The notes beneath the pieces are model-generated. The model was not told where the DNA came from, made no database searches, and saw only the letters and a program-made list of their open reading frames with translations. The position numbers were made by a program, and so were the translations under genes. Positions 58,780 to 64,000 of a DNA stretch of 64,000 bases are shown here, piece after piece (the stretch's first letter is position 1; every line of letters begins with the position of its first letter). Source of the DNA: Eledone cirrhosa (taxonomy: Eukaryota); contig OZ024740.1 of NCBI GenBank assembly GCA_964016885.1, positions 295,740,001 to 295,804,000 of the forward strand, in the 5' to 3' direction.

Positions 58780-61500
58780 TGTACCTAAGAATATATTATA
58801 TAGGCACTGACTGGACCTGAGAATATATTATATAGACAATAAGTGTACCTAAGAATATATTATATAGAGAGTGAGTGTACTGAGAATAAATTATATAGAC
58901 AGTGAGTGTACTGAGAATATATTATATAGACAGTGAGTGTACCTGAGAATATATTATATTGAGATCGAGTGTACCAGAGAATATATTATATAGACAGTGA
59001 GGGTTCCTAAGAATATATTATATAGACAGTGAGTGTACCTAAGAATATATTATATAGACAGTGAGTGTACTGAGAGTATATTATATAGCCAGTGAGTGTA
59101 CCTAAGAATATATTATATAGAGAGTGAGTGTACCTAAGAATATATTATATAGACAGTGAGTGTACTTAAGAATATATTATATAGACAGGGAGTGTACCTG
59201 AGAATATATTATATAGACAGTGAGTGCACCTAAGAATATATTATATAGCTAGTGAGTGTACCTGAGAATATATTATATAGACAGTGAGTGTTCCTAAGAA
59301 TATATTATATAGACAGCAAGTGTACTGAATATATATTATATAGACAATGAGTGTACCTAAGAATATATTATATAGACAGTGAGTGTACCTAAGAATATAT
59401 TATATAGACAGAGAGTGTACCTAAGAATATATTATATAGACAGTGAGTGTACCTAAGAATATATTATATAGACAGTGAGTGTACCTAAGAATATATTATA
59501 TAGACAGTGAGTGTTCCTAAGAATATATTATATAGACAGTGAGTGTACTGAACATATATTATATAGACAATGAGTGTACCTAAGAATATATTATATAGAC
59601 AGTGAGTGTACCTAAGAATATATTATATAGACAGAGAGTGTACCTAAGAATATATTATATAGACAGTGGGTGTACCTAAGAATATATTATATAGACAGTG
59701 AGTGTATCTAACAATATATTATAGACAGTGAGTGTACCTAAGAATATATTATATAGACAGTGAGTGTACACGAGAATATATTATATAGACAGTGATTGTA
59801 CCTAAGAATATATTATATAGACAGTGAGTGTTCCTAAGAATATATTATTTAGAAAGTGAGTGTACCAAACAATATATTATATAGACAGTGAGTGTACCTA
59901 AGAATATATTATATAGAGAGTGAGTGTACCTAAGAATATATTATATAGACAGTGAGTGTACCTAAGAATATATTATGTAGAGCGTGATTGTACCTAAGAA
60001 TATATTATATAGACAGTGAGTGTACCTAAGAATATATTATATAGACAGTGAGTGTACCTAAGAATATATTATATAGGCACTGACTGGACCTGAGAATATA
60101 TTATATAGACAATAAGTGTACCTAAGTATATATTATATAGAGAGTGAGTGTACTGAGAATATATTATATAGACAATGAGTGTACCTAAGAATATATTATA
60201 TAGAGAGTGAGTGTACGCGAGAATATATTATATAGACAGTGAGTGTACCTAAGAATATATTATATAGACAGTGAGTGTACCTAAGAATATATTATATAGA
60301 CAGTGTGTGTACCTAAGAATATATTATATAGACAGTGAGTGTACCTAAGAATATATTATATAGACAGTGAGTGTACCTAAGAATATATTATATAGACAGT
60401 GAGTGTTCCTAAGAATATATTATATATACAGTGAGTGTACTGAATATATATTATATAGACAATGAGTGTACCTAAGAATATATTATATAGACAGTGAGTG
60501 TACCTAGCAATATATTATATAGAGAGTGAGTGTACCTAAGAATATATTATATAGACAGTAAGTGTACCTAACAATATATTATATAGACAGTGAGTGTACC
60601 TAAGAATACATTATATAGAGAGTGATTGTACCTGAGAATATATTATATAGAGATCGAGTGTACCCGAGAATATATTATATAGAGATCGAGTGTACCCGAG
60701 AATATATTATATAGACAGTGAGGGTACCTAAGAATATATTATATAGACAGTGAGTGTACCTAAGAATATATTATATAGACAGTGAGTGTACTGAATATAT
60801 ATTATATAGACAATGAGTGTACCTAAGAATATATTATATAGACAGTGAGTGTACCTAAGAATATATTATATAGACAGAGAGTGTACCTAAGAATATATTA
60901 TATAGACAGTGAGTGTACCTAAGAATATATTATATAGACAGTGAGTGTACCTAAAAATATATTATATAGACAGTGAGTGTACTGAACATATATTATATAG
61001 ACAATGAGTGTACCTAAGAATATATTATATAGACAGTGAGTGTATCTAACAATATATTATAGACAGTGAGTGTACCTAAGAATATATTATATAGACAGTA
61101 AGTGTAACTAACAATATATTATATAGACAGTGAGTGTACCTAAGGATATATTATATAGAGAGTGATTGTACCTAACAATATATTATATAGAGAGTGAGTG
61201 TACCTAAGAATATATTATATAGGCACTGACTGGACCTGAGAATATATTATATAGACAATAAGTGTACCTAAGAATATATTATATAGAGAGTGAGTGTACT
61301 GAGAATATATTATATAGATAGTGAGTGTACTGAGAATATATTATATAGACAGTGAGTGTACCTAAGAATATATTATATAGTGAGTGAGTGTACCTAAGAA
61401 TATATTACATAGACAGTGAGTGTACCTGAGAATATATTATATAGACAGTGAGTTTACCTAAGAATATATTATATAGATAGTGAGTGTACCTAAGAATATA
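58780..61500. repeat. Distant diverged copy of the ~34.4-37.1 kb block (offset ~24.4 kb)
   Basis: GGCACT 34399/58803 and 35672/60076 (offset 24404), 36786/61222 (offset 24436). The rare markers GATCGAG, TAGCCAGT, GACAGGGAG, GTGCACC, TAGCTAGT and ATGTAGAGCG occur in the same order in both. Confidence 0.85.
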
Positions 61501-62585
61501 TTATATAGACAGTGAGTGTACCTAAGAATATATTATATAGACAGTGAGTGTACCTGAGAATATATTATATAGACAGTGAGTGTACCTAAGAATATATTAT
61601 ATAGATAGTGAGTGTACCTAAGAATATATTATATAGACAGTGAGTGTACCTAAGAATATATTATATAGATAGTGAGTGTACTGAAAATATATTATATAGA
61701 CAGTGAGTGTACCTAAGAATATATTATATAGACAGTGAGTGTACCTGAGAATATATTTTATAGACAGTGAGTGTTCCTAAGAATATATTATATAGACAGC
61801 AAGTGTACTGAATATATATTATATAGACAATGAGTGTACCTAAGAATATGTTATATAGACAGTGAGTGTACCTAAGAATATATTATATAGACAGTGAGTG
61901 TACCAAAGAATATATTATATAGACAGTGAGTGTACCTGAGAATATATTATATAGATAGTGAGTGTACTGAGAATATATTATATAGACAGTGAGTGTACCT
62001 AAGAATATATTATATAGTGAGTGAGTGTACCTAAGAATATATTACATAGACAGTGAGTGTACCTGAGAATATATTATATAGACAGTGAGTTTACCTAAGA
62101 ATATATTATATAGATAGTGAGTGTACCTAAGAATATATTATATAGACAGTGAGTGTACCTAAGAATATATTATATAGACAGTGAGTATACCTGAGAATAT
62201 ATTATATAGACAGTGAGTGTACCTAAGAATATATTATATAGATAGTGAGTGTACCTAAGAATATATTATATAGACAGTGAGTGTACCTAAGAATATATTA
62301 TATAGATAGTGAGTGTACTGAAAATATATTGTATAGACAGTGAGTGTACCTAAGAATATATTATATAGACAGTGAGTGTACCTGAGAATATATTTTATAG
62401 ACAGTGAGTGTTCCTAAGAATATATTATATAGACAGCAAGTGTACTGAATATATATTATATAGACAATGAGTGTACCTAAGAATATGTTATATAGACAGT
62501 GAGTGTACCTAAGAATATATTATATAGACAGTGAGTGTACCAAAGAATATATTATATAGACAGTGAGTGTACCTGAGAATATATT
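61310..62585. repeat. Tandem duplication, 637-bp unit (20 monomers) x2
   Basis: (TAG)TGAGTGAG 61381/62018 and ATATATTTTA 61751/62388. 637 = 20x32 - 3. Confidence 0.85.
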
Positions 62586-64000
62586 ATATAGACAGTGAGT
62601 GTACCTAAGAATATATTATATAGATAGTGAGTGTATCCAAGAATATATTATATAGACAGTGAGTGTACCTGAGAATATATTATATTGTCAGTGAGTGTAC
62701 CTAAGAATATATTATATAGACAGTGAATGTATACAAGAATATATTATATAGACAGTGAGTGTATCTGAGAATATATTATATAGACAGTGAGTGTACATAA
62801 GAATATATTATATAGACAGTGAGTGTACCTAAGAATATATTAGATAGATAGTGAGTGTATCTAAGAATATATTATATAGATAGTGAGTGTATCTAAGAAT
62901 ATATTATATAGACAGTGAGTATACCTAAGAATATATTATATAGACAGTGAGTGTACCTGAGAATATATTATATAGACAGTGAGTGTACCTAAGAATATAT
63001 TATATAGATAGTGAGTGTACCTAAGAATATATTATATAGACAGTGAGTGTACCTAAGAATATATTATATAGACAGTGAGTGTACCTAATAATATATTATA
63101 TAGACAGTGATTGTACCTACGAATATATTATATAGGCACTGACTGGACCTGAGAATATATTATATAGACAATAAGTGTACCTAAGAATATATTATATAGA
63201 GAGTGAGTGTACTGAGAATATATTATATAGACAGTGAGTGTACCTAAGAATATATTATATAGACAGTGAGTGTACCTAAGAATATATTATATAGAGATCG
63301 AGTGTACCCGAGAATATATTATATAGACAGTGAGTGTACCTAAGAATATATTATATAGACAGTGAGTGTACCTAAGAATATATTATATAGACAGTGAGTG
63401 TACTGAGAATATATTATATAGCCAGTGAGTGTACCTAAGAATATATTATATAGAGAGTGAGTGTACCTAAGAATATATTATATAGACAGTGAGTGTACTT
63501 AAGAATATATTATATAGACAGGGAGTGTACCTGAGAATATATTATATAGACAGTGAGTGTTCCTAAGAATATATTATATAGACAGCAAGTGTACTGAATA
63601 TATATTATATAAACAATGAGTGTACCTAAGAATATATTATATAGACAGTGAGTGTACCTAAGAATATATTATATAGACAGAGAGTGTACCTAAGAATATA
63701 TTATATAGACAGTGAGTGTACCTAAGAATATATTATATAGACAGTGAGTGTAGCTAAGAATATATTATATAGACAGTGAGTGTTCCTAAGAATATATTAT
63801 ATAGACAGTGAGTGTACTGAACATATATTATATAGACAATGAGTGTACCTAAGAATATATTATATAGACAGTGAGTGTATCTGACAATATATTATAGAGA
63901 GTGATTGTACCTAACAATATATTATATAGCGAGTGAGTGTAGCTAAGAATATATTATATAGACAGTGAGTGTACCTAAGAATATATTATATAGGCACTGA

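Larger units (their letters stand above)
1..64000. repeat. Tandem satellite/minisatellite array, 32-bp monomer AGAATATATTATATAGACAGTGAGTGTACCTA, ~2,000 head-to-tail copies, running off both window ends
   Basis: The period is read directly (AGAATATATT at 1, 33, 65). The same orientation is kept throughout. Most monomers are 0-3 changes from consensus. 31-bp variants (GTACTGAG, GTACTGAAT) are common, and 22-, 27-, 30- and 34-bp variants are rare. Confidence 0.99.

Noticed and set aside
1-64000. CRISPR-like array (constant ~14-bp core alternating with a variable ~18-bp segment)
   Set aside because: The variable segments are all point variants of one consensus and recur many times, so they are not unique spacers. 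No leader or cas gene is present.
1-64000. Repetitive protein-coding ORF on either strand
   Set aside because: The + strand consensus has TAG, TGA and TAA at monomer positions 14, 21 and 31, one in each frame. The - strand has TAG and TAA, and the 32-bp period rotates them through all frames within three monomers.
1-64000. Promoter motifs (TATATAA and TATAAT on the - strand) and splice-donor-like GTGAGT in each monomer
   Set aside because: These are short motifs multiplied by the repeat itself. There is no gene, exon or other supporting context.
1-64000. Telomerase-type telomeric repeat or plasmid/viral iteron array
   Set aside because: There is no G-rich telomeric motif or chromosome end, and the inherited kb-scale variant patterns indicate recombinational copying rather than templated synthesis. 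The scale and lack of a rep gene do not fit iterons.
1-64000. Variation as sequencing noise or a rolling-circle concatemer artefact
   Set aside because: Multi-site variants recur in the same order at exact offsets, which random error on one template would not produce. Individual near-identical duplications could still be assembly errors.
1-64000. A single regular higher-order repeat period for the whole array
   Set aside because: Landmark spacings and duplication offsets differ between regions (637 to ~3545 bp, plus ~24.4 kb).
1-64000. Inversions, transposon insertions or structured RNA genes
   Set aside because: I saw no reverse-complement monomer (TAGGTACACTCACTGTC) and no non-repeat sequence. 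Self-complementarity is limited to short palindromes (AATATATT, TATATA, GTAC).

Overview
The whole 64-kb window is one uninterrupted, single-orientation tandem array (satellite or long minisatellite) of a 32-bp AT-rich monomer, consensus AGAATATATTATATAGACAGTGAGTGTACCTA (9/32 G+C), about 2,000 copies. No flank, gene, RNA gene, transposon or CRISPR array is visible. The consensus has a stop codon in each of the three + frames of every monomer. All the information lies in the order of variant monomers. That order shows a conserved multi-monomer cassette around a 5-substitution variant (GGCACTGACTGGAC), nested kb-scale duplications with different periods (about 637, 1035, 1883, 2681, 2700, 3417, 3530 and 3544 bp), a block repeated about 24.4 kb away, and regional variant domains. 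I cannot assign the organism or a named satellite family, and I see no support for a new protein- or RNA-coding system. Offsets were read by hand from rare marker variants, and block boundaries are approximate (about one monomer or more).
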